From positions 46,262,223 to 46,319,394 of the forward strand of contig NC_068986.1 of the NCBI RefSeq assembly GCF_001194135.2: a stretch of DNA of 57,172 bases, in the 5' to 3' direction. The translations under genes were made by a program, and so were the position numbers. Source of the stretch: Octopus bimaculoides (lineage: Eukaryota). Positions 13,401 through 26,070 of this stretch are shown here, piece after piece; position 1 is the first letter of the stretch, and each line of letters begins with the position of its first letter. Under the pieces are notes generated by a model. That model was given only the letters and a program-made list of their open reading frames with translations, was not told where the DNA came from and made no database searches.

Positions 13401-14241
13401 CATCTTGCAAAATTAGTGTTGCAGTTTTATGTTTTGAGATAAGGGGTTATTGTATGAGAGAAGGAACTAGAAGAGAACAGGTTTCTTGTGTAAGAGTTAC
13501 ATGACTATACCCCTTTTATAAAAGTGTGTGTGAGTTATCAGGGTAGAACTGGAAAGAGATAAAAACAGTGGTGATAAGGGTGGACCTTCAAGGTATGAGG
13601 TGAGCAAAAGTGGGTGGGTACAGAAGAAGAGGGAATATAGGTAGGTAGAGATTGCAAGAGTATATCGGTGAGTGAGAGGGAGAATGTATGATGGGGTAAA
13701 TAAATATACGGAAAACAAGCGTTGAGCAAGGACAGGGATGATAAAGAAAAGCAGGTTACTGAAGGTCGGAAATAGTGAAGGGAAGAGAAGACGTAGAAGA
13801 GTAACTGATGATGCATATGAAAGTAGGAAATAACTGACAGTGCATAAAAAAGCAGGAATGAGGGTCAACAAAATAGTTACAATGTTACAGTAGACAGGAA
13901 AACAATGAAAGAGAAAGTGTTCCAATGATTGGATGCCCTTCTTAATGTCAACTACTTCACAGAATGTATGACATCTTTATATATGGTACCAACATTAGTT
14001 GGGTTGCAATGTAAATTCTAAGACTAAAGAGCCTCCTCTACTAAGTGAGTGTATGGTAGAGAGGGAGGTGCTTTATATGAAGTGTTGTGAACTTAATGTA
14101 TAATAGAAGGAACAGTAATAGGTTTCTTATTATAGAAACAATAAATGCATGTATAATTAATAAATACATGCATATATGCATCATATATATATACTCATAT
14201 ATATATATAAACATATATGTATCATGTATATGTTTATATAT

Positions 14242-14300
<59 letters not shown>

Positions 14301-14960
14301 NNNNNNNNNNNNNNNNNNNNNNNNNNNNNNNNNNNNNNNNNNNNNNNNNNNNNNNNNNNNNNNNNNNNNNNNNNNNNNNNNNNNNNNNNNNNNNNNNNNN
14401 NNNNNNNNNNNNNNNNNNNNNNNNNNNNNNNNNNNNNNNNNNNNNNNNNNNNNNNNNNNNNNNNNNNNNNNNNNNNNNNNNNNNNNNNNNNNNNNNNNNN
14501 NNNNNNNNNNNNNNNNNNNNNNNNNNNNNNNNNNNNNNNNNNNNNNNNNNNNNNNNNNNNNNNNNNNNNNNNNNNNNNNNNNNNNNNNNNNNNNNNNNNN
14601 NNNNNNNNNNNNNNNNNNNNNNNNNNNNNNNNNNNNNNNNNNNNNNNNNNNNNNNNNNNNNNNNNNNNNNNNNNNNNNNNNNNNNNNNNNNNNNNNNNNN
14701 NNNNNNNNNNNNNNNNNNNNNNNNNNNNNNNNNNNNNNNNNNNNNNNNNNNNNNNNNNNNNNNNNNNNNNNNNNNNNNNNNNNNNNNNNNNNNNNNNNNN
14801 NNNNNNNNNNNNNNNNNNNNNNNNNNNNNNNNNNNNNNNNNNNNNNNNNNNNNNNNNNNNNNNNNNNNNNNNNNNNNNNNNNNNNNNNNNNNNNNNNNNN
14901 NNNNNNNNNNNNNNNNNNNNNNNNNNNNNNNNNNNNNNNNNNNNNNNNNNNNNNNNNNNN

Positions 14961-15001
<41 letters not shown>

Positions 15002-15868
15002 GACACACACACATGGACACACATAGAGGCACACACTCACACATTTACATGTTAGCTGTGTATACCTTGGTTTTGAATGAGTACACTGTTTCATATGAGG
15101 CAAGTACAAAAGTTTGCCACAAGGGCATCTATCCTTTGAAAACACTAAATTGAAAGTCATATCACCAAATCCATCTGGACACAGTATAATTTTAGATTCA
15201 GCACTGATATCTTAAAATTATTTGCATGAAATACTTGCAGCTTACTGAAAAGTGCACGAAAAGAACACCAATCATACCATTATTTTATTTTGAAAATATG
15301 CACAGTGAAAGTCTTAAAATGTTAACAGATGAATGGCATTTGAGAAGTTACTCTCATAAACCAAACAAAAGGGGCTATTAGAGACATGAAAAAACCTTAA
15401 GTTATACAAAGTTGTGTTTTTAATATAATGTTTAAAAGAAAATCCGTTCCCTATTTATACAAATATATATATATAGATATATAAGCGAGATAAATACTAT
15501 ATTCATCATGATTGTGTGTCTATGCATACATGTATATATATATATATGCATAAATGTAAAATTCTATGTACATTTACAGGTGGTGAGCTCATCAAGTTGT
15601 TTATAACATCATATAAAAATGCCGGATTTCAGCTCTGTGCAATTTGTCTTCAAATTCACCCCTCCACCCTCACCCAATGTAATTTCATTTTCTATAATTT
15701 CATGTAACTGGCTGTTGTCGGACAGAGAGGATTGTGCTCCATAGGTTCAAAAAGGCTAGGATACACTGCACAACACAATGGTACCTCTTTGACACTATGA
15801 AAAGTTGAAGCCTCAATAAAGTGTAGGAGCAAATATATTTACATGTATACACACACATACACACACAC

Positions 15869-15905
<37 letters not shown>

Positions 15906-15934
15906 TATGTGTCTATATAAAATGTAGTATAATG

Positions 15935-16110
15935 CTTTCTATTATAGGCACAAGGCCTGAAATTTTGGGAGAGACAGTTAGTCGACTTCATTGACCCTGA
16001 AAGGATGAAAAGCAAAGTTAACCCTGGCAGAAGTTGAACTCAGATTATAAAATCAGAAAAAATGTTGCTAATCATTTTGTCCAACATGCTAATGATTCTG
16101 CCAGTTCACC
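15935..16110 (-). mobile_element. SINE family B copy
   Basis: ctattataggcacaaggcctgaaattttg...gaaaggatgaaaagcaaagttaaccctggcagaagttgaactcag...gctaatgattctgccagttcacc. Confidence 0.8.
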
Positions 16111-17356
16111 ATTATAATATAGTATGATTTCATATAATATATTTATGTGTAATCTATATCAATATTATGCATTTAGCTATGCTTGTATATATATGTTTTG
16201 TCATAACAAGCAATTTTTAACTGCAAATTAACCTTTCAGAATATGTGAAATAATGCCATAAAATCTTTCAATTAAAATGCAAATGAACAATTCAAAGTAT
16301 CTTTAGATTTGAGGATATTCATTATATTCCTATTTCTATTTTAGAAATTTTGAAAAATATTCTTGTACTTCAGACAAACATGTTTTCTATTCAAAATACA
16401 TGTAATCTATGTAATAATGAGATATCTTTTGAAAAGTATGTTCATATGGGCAAGACAAAATCTAAGCTATGGATCTACTGACAGTAACTGCTACTTCAAG
16501 ATTTCGATTTCTATTCCTTATTTTATAAAAGTGTCTGATTCTTGCAGTGGTCCAACACCTGCGACAGTGGCGAAAGATCATTGTACTTGATGTCTTAAAA
16601 TAACCTAGAAAACAAAACAAAATATACCATTATAATATTCCGTTTCCAACTGACCATACCTTGAAAAGACACTCATAAATATTCATTATATACAGACAGT
16701 TTGTGTGATAAGTATGTTGATGATTTAAGAAAGTAACTATTAAACGAATACAATATTTTTACAATTCTCTTCTTTTTTTTTAACTGGCAATTTAGAACTA
16801 AGGACATAGACAGTCAGTGAAAAACTTTATTATGATAATAAAAAAGGAATAAAGACGTTAATGTAGTAGTGTATTTTAAATTGATAAAATTACAGTACCA
16901 GAATGCAATATTGTTATGTATATTTATGTACACACCAATGATTTAAGTATAAAGAGGTACTGGCAATGAATGTTTATTGCCAGATAGCACACAAATTTTC
17001 ATACAACAAAACTTAATGAAAATCAAGACCAAAATAACAAGGTATTTTGTCCTCTTAATGTGTAGCCTGTTGAAAGTAATGACACATACAAGGTTTCATA
17101 TGTCAGCATTTCTATTTTTTGATCAGCTAAAAAATGTTAATCATTATTCATTTATTTAAATGATGAAGAATTCTTTCCATAAATGTGTCTGTCATACATA
17201 TCAAGCAAATCTCTATTTTACTGCATTAAAAGTATTCTGTAAAATAGCTTCATGATTTTATGAATGCTCTAAGATTTGGTAACAGAGAGAAAAAAAACAT
17301 TTCTCCAAACAGCTATGCATAAAAGTACACAAGCCCAATTCCCATTTTTTTTAATT

Positions 17357-17391
<35 letters not shown>

Positions 17392-18225
17392 GGGAGAGTA
17401 TGTGATCTTTTCAGAGCCTTTGAAACTAGGAGAAAAAAGAAAGGAAGTTTTCTTCAAATGAGAGATTTGATCCAAATATTGGTAACAGAGGAGACTTTGC
17501 TAAAGAAACCCAAGAACAAGGTGGTGTTGATAAATCAAGTTGGTCACTTGTGCACTTCAGAAACTATCAGTCATGAGGTGTAGTTGTTTGATTAAAAGGA
17601 AATGTTGACAAATGGATAACAGAGCATTTAATAAAAATCTCAGACACCAAACCAAGGGTAGTAAACTCTCAGAGGCATGAACAATGCATGCATGTGTTAA
17701 TATGTATGTACATATGTATATATGTACACACATACATATGTAGTATTGTATTGATATCTTTCAGATAGATAGTTCATACATGCTTAGCATTTATATTTTA
17801 ACTTTTCAAACAAAACTATTAAGTCAACCAGCAGATTGTTGCTACACTGATACCTTATTAAGTGTAACAAATTAAATCTATTGTCATATCACAGTAGTAT
17901 GGTTTGAAGAACTTTTTAAATATGTAGGAAGTTTCACTTTTATTGTAAAAAAGAAATAGAAAGTTCTGATAATCATGTCTTTCCTGGAGTTATCAACATT
18001 GTAAGTAAAACATATTTAACTAGGAATTAAAATTGTATTCCTGGCTTGGTTACATCTGCATTATAAGATACATTATGTGATGCTTATAATGATTACACAA
18101 AAGTGTTATCTAAAAAGGATAATGTCAAATGTTTAATTCTGAACAATAACAGTTAGTGAGGAATTGACAGCCAAAGGAGTGCAGCAATGAAGAAAAGTTA
18201 AGTTGTGGTAAATATGAATATAACA

Positions 18226-18378
18226 CAGCCATGTGGTTAAGAAGTTTGCTTTGCTAAAGCAAAGGTTTGAGTTCAATCACCACTATCGGACATCTTGGAT
18301 AAATGTCTTCTGCCATAGTGTTTTGGTTGACAAATGCTTATTAGGGAATTTTTATACACTGAAACTGCACGGAAGCTT
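18226..18378 (+). mobile_element. Decayed SINE family A head
   Basis: gccatgtggttaagaagtttgctt...gagttcaatc...aaatgtcttctgccatag. Confidence 0.6.
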
Positions 18379-19484
18379 AGCAGAGAAACCATTATAGTAA
18401 TAAGGTGATAGACATAATTAATCACCTGGTCTAATACAACCATCTGGCTCTTAGATAACTTTAGCAGAGTCCTTTCTTTTGTAAGCATTCAGATCAGGTC
18501 TCTAGTCAATGGATAACTTTCTCTTGGGGGCTCTGAAAATGGCCACAGGTGCTACCCATCTTCTTAGTCATTAAAAATGTTGAAGTCTAGACTTGTTAAG
18601 TTGGATGAAATGTAAAATACTATCTGGAATATTCAAGAACAATCAACAAAAACAACAGATAATGGGAATTATTTTATTTACTAGCTAAAGAAGTCAATCT
18701 TTATAAAGTTCATAACTACAATAATATCAAAGAAAATTACTATTAAACATATTCTAAGTGATTAATCTTTAATTAATCTTTAGACTTGCTCAGTTGGTGG
18801 GAAGAAAATCAAATTTTACTGGTGGAATTTTTTACTGTGATTATGTGATAAGGTGTATACAATTTAAAAAAATAGACGCTACTTTTATCAAAAATGATTT
18901 TCTCTATTATAATAAATTATCTGTCTAGCTTAAAATTTCATTTCAGTTTTTAATGTTATGTTATGAGGTATTTTAACATTTAGATTTTAGAAAATTAAAG
19001 AAAGAGAATTAACAAAAACTTAAATTTAAGATGTTTTTTTTTAAATTTGAAGATGATTTTGTTGAAAATGTTTATTATTAATATTCATTCAACAGATTAC
19101 ATAATTAAAATTCAGAAATTACATTTATTTTAGATAAATATTTCTTAGATGCAATCAAAATGTCAATAACAAACACACAACAGATACACAATTGATTTTG
19201 CCTCATATTCTCTGATCATACTAGCATTTAAAGTTATATTTGGTGAAATATAATCAGTAAACAGTAAAAATACTGAGTATGTCACATAAATCGTTGTCTT
19301 TTACTCATCCAGAACCAGTGAGTTGTACCACTAGGCATTATACCTTGTTCACTTATAAAGAACATAGACACAAGTTCTCTTAATGATAGAGTGAACAAGG
19401 CAAGTAAACAGACCCAGCTGTAAAATGCCAGTCCTAACAAGAGACTTGAATTTCAAAAGGATGGGGAATGGAAAAGTAATATAT

Positions 19485-19700
19485 TGGTTTCAAATTTTGG
19501 CACATGGACAACGATTTGGGGGGAGGGGTAAGTTAATTACATTGACCCCAGTGCTCTACTGGTACTTAATTTGTTGACCCTGAAAAGGGTGAAAGGTAAA
19601 GTCAACCACAGCAGCAGAGTTTGAACTCAGAACATCATGACAGATGAAATGTCGCTAAGTTTTATGCCCTACATGCTAACTATTCTACCAGCTTGCTGCC
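19485..19700 (-). mobile_element. SINE family B copy
   Basis: ttggtttcaaattttggcac...gaccccagtgctctactggtactt...gaaaggtaaagtcaacc...tttgaactcagaac...gctaactattctaccagct. Confidence 0.8.
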
Positions 19701-19878
19701 TGAGAAAAATGATATATTGCTACACGACTTGTGTCAGTTTCAAAAAAGCTTTCTACTTCAACATTTGCTGTTGTGCTGAACAAGTGATCCCAGCTACAAC
19801 ACACCAATTTTACAGAACAGTTTGTAACAACTGAAGGATCCAACATATTATAGTGGCTGTGTGGTAAGTAGCTTGCTA

Positions 19879-20038
19879 GGCGCAGGAGTGGCTGTATGGT
19901 AAGTAGCTTGCTTACCAACCACATGGTTCTGAGTTCAAGTCCCACTGCATGGCACCTTGTGCAAGTGTCTTCTATTATAACCTTGGGCCGACCAAAAGAA
20001 TTGTAAGTGGATTTAGTAGATGGAAACTGAAAGAAGCT

Positions 20039-20076
<38 letters not shown>

Positions 20077-20372
20077 GTCAAGTGATGGTGGGGACGCACA
20101 CAAACATATACACACTCATACATACATACATACATATATATATATATGTATGTATGTATGAGTGTGTATATGTTTGTGTGTCCCCCCACCATCACTTGAC
20201 AGTATATGCTGACGTGTTTATGTTCCTGGAAACTAGTGGTTCAGTAAAAGAGACTGATAGAACAAGTATTACAAAGAATAAGTCCTGGGGTTGATTTCTT
20301 TGACTAAAGGCAGTGCTCCAGCATGGCCACAGTCAAATGACTGAAACAAGTAAAAGAATAAAAGTATAAAAG
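19879..20372 (+). mobile_element. Full-length SINE family A (tRNA-like head, internal TA/TG microsatellite)
   Basis: Head ggcgcaggagtggctgtatggtaag with B-box-like gagttcaagtccc; 3' end cagcatggccacagtcaaatgactgaaacaagtaaaag; colinear with 42831-43184. Confidence 0.9.
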
Positions 20373-20374
20373 AA

Positions 20375-20690
20375 GACTTATTCTTTGTAAGCCTAGTACT
20401 TATTCTATCAGTCTCTTTTGCTGAACCACTAATTACGGAGATGTATACACATCAACATCAGTTGTCAAGTGATGGTGGGTGGACAAACAGAGACACACAA
20501 ACATATACATATATATATATATATATATATGTATGTATATATATATATATACGACGGGCTTTTTCAGGTTTTGTCTTTCAAATCCACTCTCAAGGCTTTG
20601 GGCAGCCTGCGGCTATAGTAGAAGACACTTGCCCAAGGTGCCATGCAGTGGGACTGAATCCGGAACCATGTGGTTGGTAAGGGCACTCCT
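20375..20690 (-). mobile_element. SINE family A, tail-to-tail with the preceding copy
   Basis: ttattctttgtaagcctagtacttattctatcagtctcttttgc...gtagaagacacttgcccaaggtgccatgcagtgggactgaatccggaaccatgtggttggtaag. Confidence 0.9.
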
Positions 20691-20704
20691 ATATATCTTT
20701 TATC

Positions 20705-21085
20705 TTTTACATTTTTCAGTCATTAAATTGTGACCATGCTGGGGCACCACCTTGAAGAATTTCTAGTTGAACAAATCAATTCCAGTATTTTTTATTTTTC
20801 TAAGCCTAGCACTTATTCAATCAGTCTCTTTTGCCGAACCTCTAAGCTATGGGGATTTAAACACACCAGCACAGGTTGTCAGATGGTGGTAGTGGGGAAC
20901 AAACACAGACACAAAGGCACACACACACACACACACACACTCACATACATATATTCAATGGACTTCATTCAGTTTCTGTCTCCTAAATCCATTTAGAAGG
21001 CTTTGGTAGAAGACACTTGCCTAAGGTGCCATGCATTGGGACTGAACCTGGAACATGTGGTTAGGAAGCAAACTTCTTACCTCAA
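20705..21085 (-). mobile_element. SINE family A copy
   Basis: gtgaccatgctggggcaccacc...gtagaagacacttgcctaaggtgccatgcattgggactgaacc. Confidence 0.85.
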
Positions 21086-21094
21086 ATTTATGTT

Positions 21095-21662
21095 TGCCTA
21101 CCTGCCTGGCAGCAGGGTGGTACCATCCAAAGCTTGAAGGGATTCCGTTGAACAAATCAACACCATTACTTCTTTTTTTAAGCCTAGTACCTATTCTATC
21201 AGTCTCTTTTCACTGAACTGCTAAGTTATGGGGACATAAACACACCAATACGGGTTGTCAAGTGGTGCTGGGTGACAAATATAGATACAAAGATACACAC
21301 ACACACATACAACAGGTTTCTTTCAGTTTCTGTCTACCAAATCCTCTCACAAGGCTTTGGTTGGCCCAAGGCTATAGTAGGAGATTATGCCTGTAATTCA
21401 AAGGGCCAGCCTTGTCACACTGTGTCATGCTGAATATCCCCGAGGACTACGTTAAGGGTACACATGTCTGTGGAGTGCTCAGCCGCTTGCACGTTAATTT
21501 CATGAGCAGGCTGTTCCGTTGATCAGATCAACTGGATCTCTCGATGTCATAAGCAACGGAGTGCCAACAATAGTAGGAGACACTTACCCAAGGTATCATG
21601 CAGTGGGTCTGAACCCAGAACCATCTGGTTGTAAAGCAAGCTTCTTACCACACAGCCACTCC
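21095..21662 (-). mobile_element. SINE family A copy interrupted by a nested insertion
   Basis: The family A sequence resumes at 21570 exactly where it stopped at 21384. Confidence 0.85.
21385..21569 (+). mobile_element. Repeat family E (retroposon fragment) with 11-bp target-site duplication
   Basis: atagtaggaga occurs at 21374-21384 and 21570-21580; a second copy of the insert lies in reverse complement at 43915-44090. Confidence 0.85.
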
Positions 21663-23244
21663 TTATATATATATATGTATGCATTGTATTAGTGTATATA
21701 TATATACCTGTGTGTGTATTTAAGTGTTATTAAAATACTGGATTAAAGAACAGTCACATTATGTCTGCCATTTTCTCTTTTTATTGGATCATTGGGTAGT
21801 GATATTAATCTAGCTTGATTCTAGTCATAAGAAAAAGGTAGATTAATATCAATATACTATGATCCAATAAAGTGTAAAACTAGCTGTCATATTGTAATTA
21901 ATGGTTAATACAGCTTTTAAATAGAGTTATTAGACTCTTTTCTTTAAGATTATTTATTATATGTGTGGGGGTGGGTATGTATACAAAAAAAAATCACTTT
22001 TACTGTTTTTGCTGAGAATACTATTACAATATCTTTAATGAATAACACTTTCATAATAAATGAAACACTGGAAATTTGGAAAATATGTAATTTTTATGAC
22101 AATCTTTTTGGGGCCAACTGGTTTGATGATCTCATAGCCACTGGTAGGATTTCATTATATTTAACTACAAAATCATTCCATAACAGTTTGGCAAGAAATG
22201 TCAATATTTAGCTAACAGAGTGTGAGGCAAAATTGATTGGCTAAATAAGTATTCTTTTAAATAATGTCAAAGATATTATCCAACAAACAAGAAAATTAAA
22301 AGACAACATCAAAATACTAAAGCAAAATTCATGCAACAAATATAACCATAATTTTCCACAGCTCAAATAGAAAAGACAACACAGCAAAAACAAATGTAAT
22401 AAATTTACATCATAACAGGCAAGTAATAACAGACCAAGAAAAATTTGGAGTCGTTAATAATCTGTTTTATTTTAGAGAATGAAACCATCTTCTTTATTAG
22501 CACTGTAAATTCTAGTGATTTTGAAATCTCATAGTATCAGTTCCAGTTTCTGTGGTCTTCCATATTCATTAATAATTTTATCCATTCCCTAAAACATTGT
22601 CTTCTTTGTTTTAAAACATTAATCTTTACCAATTAGAAACATCAAAATAACCTCTTTTCTCTATACTTAGCCATTCATCAATAATAATTTCGACTGCAAA
22701 TCTTACTATAGATGGAATAATCCAATATAATGTTTAAAACTAACATGATTCAGATGTTATTCCTCCCAAGATTAAACACACTGTTCTTTCATTTAAAAAC
22801 CAACAGCAAAATTTCTACATAACACTGTACACTAATCCTTTCTATTGACATTTTATGATATCTAATCTTTAAAATAAAATATCTACTAAACGAAAACACA
22901 TATACTGCTGTATGCAGATGAGGGAGCTAGCATGTGGTCACTCGGTCTGTTAGAAATAACAGTCAAATCTTCCTAAAAATGACACTATCTTACAACAAGA
23001 CAGAAAAATTAGATAATATTCTAGATAAAGTATATGTAAATGAATGAAAAATCTGTATTGTAACTTCTTTGACCATAGATCTCAGTCAATATTAATGATA
23101 ACAATTTAAAATAATGACAAATAATTACAATGACAATTCAAGCTCTGAATAAATGTAACTGTCTCAGATGCCTATGTAATCACAAGCAAACATAGGCATC
23201 TTAGTCCCCTCACTTTTGACTCAGCAGTACAATCAAGATGCAAC

Positions 23245-23400
23245 AGTTAGAAAGATAAAAGACTAGCATCAGAATATCAGCCTTCTCTCCCTCCAGTAAC
23301 TTGGCTGGTATTAATTTCAGTTGAGTAAACTGGAGCAACATGAAACATACTGTCCAGTTCAAGAATTGAATCCACAACTTTCTGATTGATAGCCAAACAC
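23245..23400 (-). mobile_element. Decayed SINE family D
   Basis: gttgagtaaactggagcaacatgaaacatactgtcc...gaattgaatccacaac is the reverse complement of the 39228 head. Confidence 0.6.
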
Positions 23401-25851
23401 CCCAATTATTAAGATAATGCTTAAATGCTTCCCAATAGAAGACTTGTTCCATCATCTTGTTTCTTTCTCAGACTATACAAAAAAAAAAGAGAGAATAATT
23501 ATAGCTTAGGTGATTAGGAAAGAATAGAGCCTCATAATGCCCTTATCCAAATGACAAAAGAAATAGCTGCTTTAAACTGTATTTAAAAGAACAGAACACT
23601 ATATCAATGCAGGAATAGTGTTCTGTTCCATTTACTATTCAAAGTTTCTGAGGATTATATTATATATATATTACTAGGTATATTTAATACACTTTTAAAT
23701 ATATAGATTGCATCCTTTAATAAGGAAATTTTGACATGAAAATAAATGCCATCTTAGTGTTTCCAAATATATTTCCATTTCTTTTAAGTTTTCAAAGACA
23801 ACTAATTCCTAAATCAGGATTATAATTCATTTTTCATTCTGAATACTATTAAAAGTGTAACATTTCTGGCCAGTGGCTTATAGTATAGATTTAAACTTCA
23901 CCACCAATGAAAGATATAAACTGATTTAAGGCTTAAATTACTGATTCTGTGCTAGTTTTGCTGTAATATATTGAAGGAATTTGCAAAATATAACTCTAAT
24001 TATTGATTGATATGATGCAACTACCTTAAATCTTTTTTTTTTTTCTGTTCACATGTTTTCTTTAAATTAAATTTAGTAGAATATTTGAATAAGGAATATT
24101 TATAGTGAATTAAAACATCATATGTAATACAGTATTGGGAAACTAAATCCATTACAAGACAACCAGAAATACATCTAAAGTAGATAATGTACAATGCATT
24201 TCAAAAACTGCACCAATACTACACTATTTTTATTGATGGGATTTATTGAAACAGTATTGAAAATTTGTGCCACAAACGTCTAAAAGTTCTAAAAGTCATA
24301 TATTGGAACATCAGAAAAATTCTAAAAACAACATAGGAAGATAATGTTTCAATTAGAATTAAATTTATTGATTGTCAGCCTGAAATTGCAGGAATTAAAG
24401 AAAGTTCTAAGTAAAGGTAAAAAAACATACAAAAAAATACTGTAAAAAAAAGACAATCAGAGTGAAAAGAGAAAAAATGACAGACAAGCAGAATTCCAAC
24501 TAGAATAATGGCTTAATGAGCATCCATTTAGTGAAGCTTGTGTGCAAATTAAGTAATGAAAGAATGATAGAAATAACATTGGAACCACAGATAGTAGTAG
24601 CAAGGAGTAGTGTCAGTAACAATGAATGTGTAGCAGCAGCAACTGTAAAGTTAAATATACAACTTAAGTAGGTCAAATTTAAGCCTTTCTTTAGAGTCAT
24701 CCAGGATTGTCATGATGTATGTAGTAAATGGTGAATTCATTTGAAGCTCTAAATTTGGAAGAAGTTAACAAAAAGGTTTCCAACTATTTATAATGAAGCA
24801 TGATATAATGAATAATATTTAATTCTTTTTATACAAAATTCCCAGAACTGACTCTGATTCTATGACTACAAAAATGATCCTGCTTTATAGAGTTTATATA
24901 TAAATTCAAACTGTTCATCATAATTTTAAGCAAAACCTTTTGTTAAGGTATTTTACAAATACCAAGTTAACATGCATAAAAATGAAAAATTAATCTTACT
25001 AAATTCCTCCAAATTTTTGTTATTTTGAAAATAACTGAAGTACAAAATCTGTTTTTCTTCTTTTTTTTAATTAAAAATATGAAAATATTGAGACTACATT
25101 CTGGACACTGGATGTCAAAGCACACCAGATGAAGCAATTGAGAGCTTAATTTAATATTTTAGCCTTGCAAAATGAATTGAATAGTTCGCTGAATTAGAAT
25201 TTGAAAGAACATTAGCATCAACCAACTACTAACGAGTGAACAGATACATTTATAACTCTGGTATAACTAACATTCAGTATAATGAAGTGTATTTATAACA
25301 GTCATTACTAATTTTGTGCATCTATGAAATATCTTCATAATTATAATTACATAATACTACCATAATTCTAAATGATCTTAAAGTCAGCTAATTTGTCCAA
25401 ATACCAAAATGCCAAGTTTAGTTTTCTGGTATCAATTTCAATCTAATTATTTAAGTATTATTTAAGATGTGTTTTCTCCAAAATGATTTTCAATATTAAC
25501 ATGATTTGTTTACTGTAATAAGGTATTTTTATTGTTTACACATTTCACAAAACTGTTTGAAATGAAAGTTCCATAAAAAGATATAATCAATATGTTAATA
25601 TTAACAGTCGATCAGAGAATCAGTAGTGCAAAGGCTAAACTGCTTTGTAGTCATTTTACATTCTGAGTTTAAAACCTATTAGGGTTGGCTTCATCTTCTC
25701 CAAAATCAATATTAGAAGGGCCCACATGTAACAGAAATTGCATTATTAGACTAAATGATTTATGATATTTAGTTTTGTCCTTCTATATGCCAAATTCAAA
25801 ATCTGTTGGGCTTCATCTTATATTCTTATCTCTACAAGCAAGGGTCATTAT

Positions 25852-26070
25852 CAACATCATCATTTAACAAACGTTTTTCCTGGTGGCATGGGTTAGATAG
25901 GTTGACAGGATCCAATGAGCCCAATTAGTGCATCATGCTGCAGTGTTTGCTTTTGCATGATTTCTGTGGTTGGATACCTTTCTTAACATCAAGCGCTTTA
26001 TAGTGTGCACTGAGTGTTTTTTTCATGGCTCCAGCTCTGATGAGGTTGCCATGCAGCTTGCAAGACATAA
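25852..26070 (-). mobile_element. Repeat family C 3' part
   Basis: catcatcatttaac...ggcatgggttagataggttgacagga...tggatacctttcttaacatcaa. Confidence 0.75.

Noticed and set aside
13805-13822. CTGATGA-tgcatat-GAAA as a hammerhead
   Set aside because: No stem I, and no valid stem III with a UH triplet follows.
13497-13925. 142-aa hydrophobic minus-strand ORF
   Set aside because: It reflects purine/pyrimidine strand skew giving a low-complexity L/S/F translation; no domain was recognised.
16470-16660. Strong minus-strand acceptor (ttttgttttgttttctAG) with a nearby GTATGG donor
   Set aside because: The implied 55-nt intron does not join open frames, and the downstream frames close without a convincing donor.
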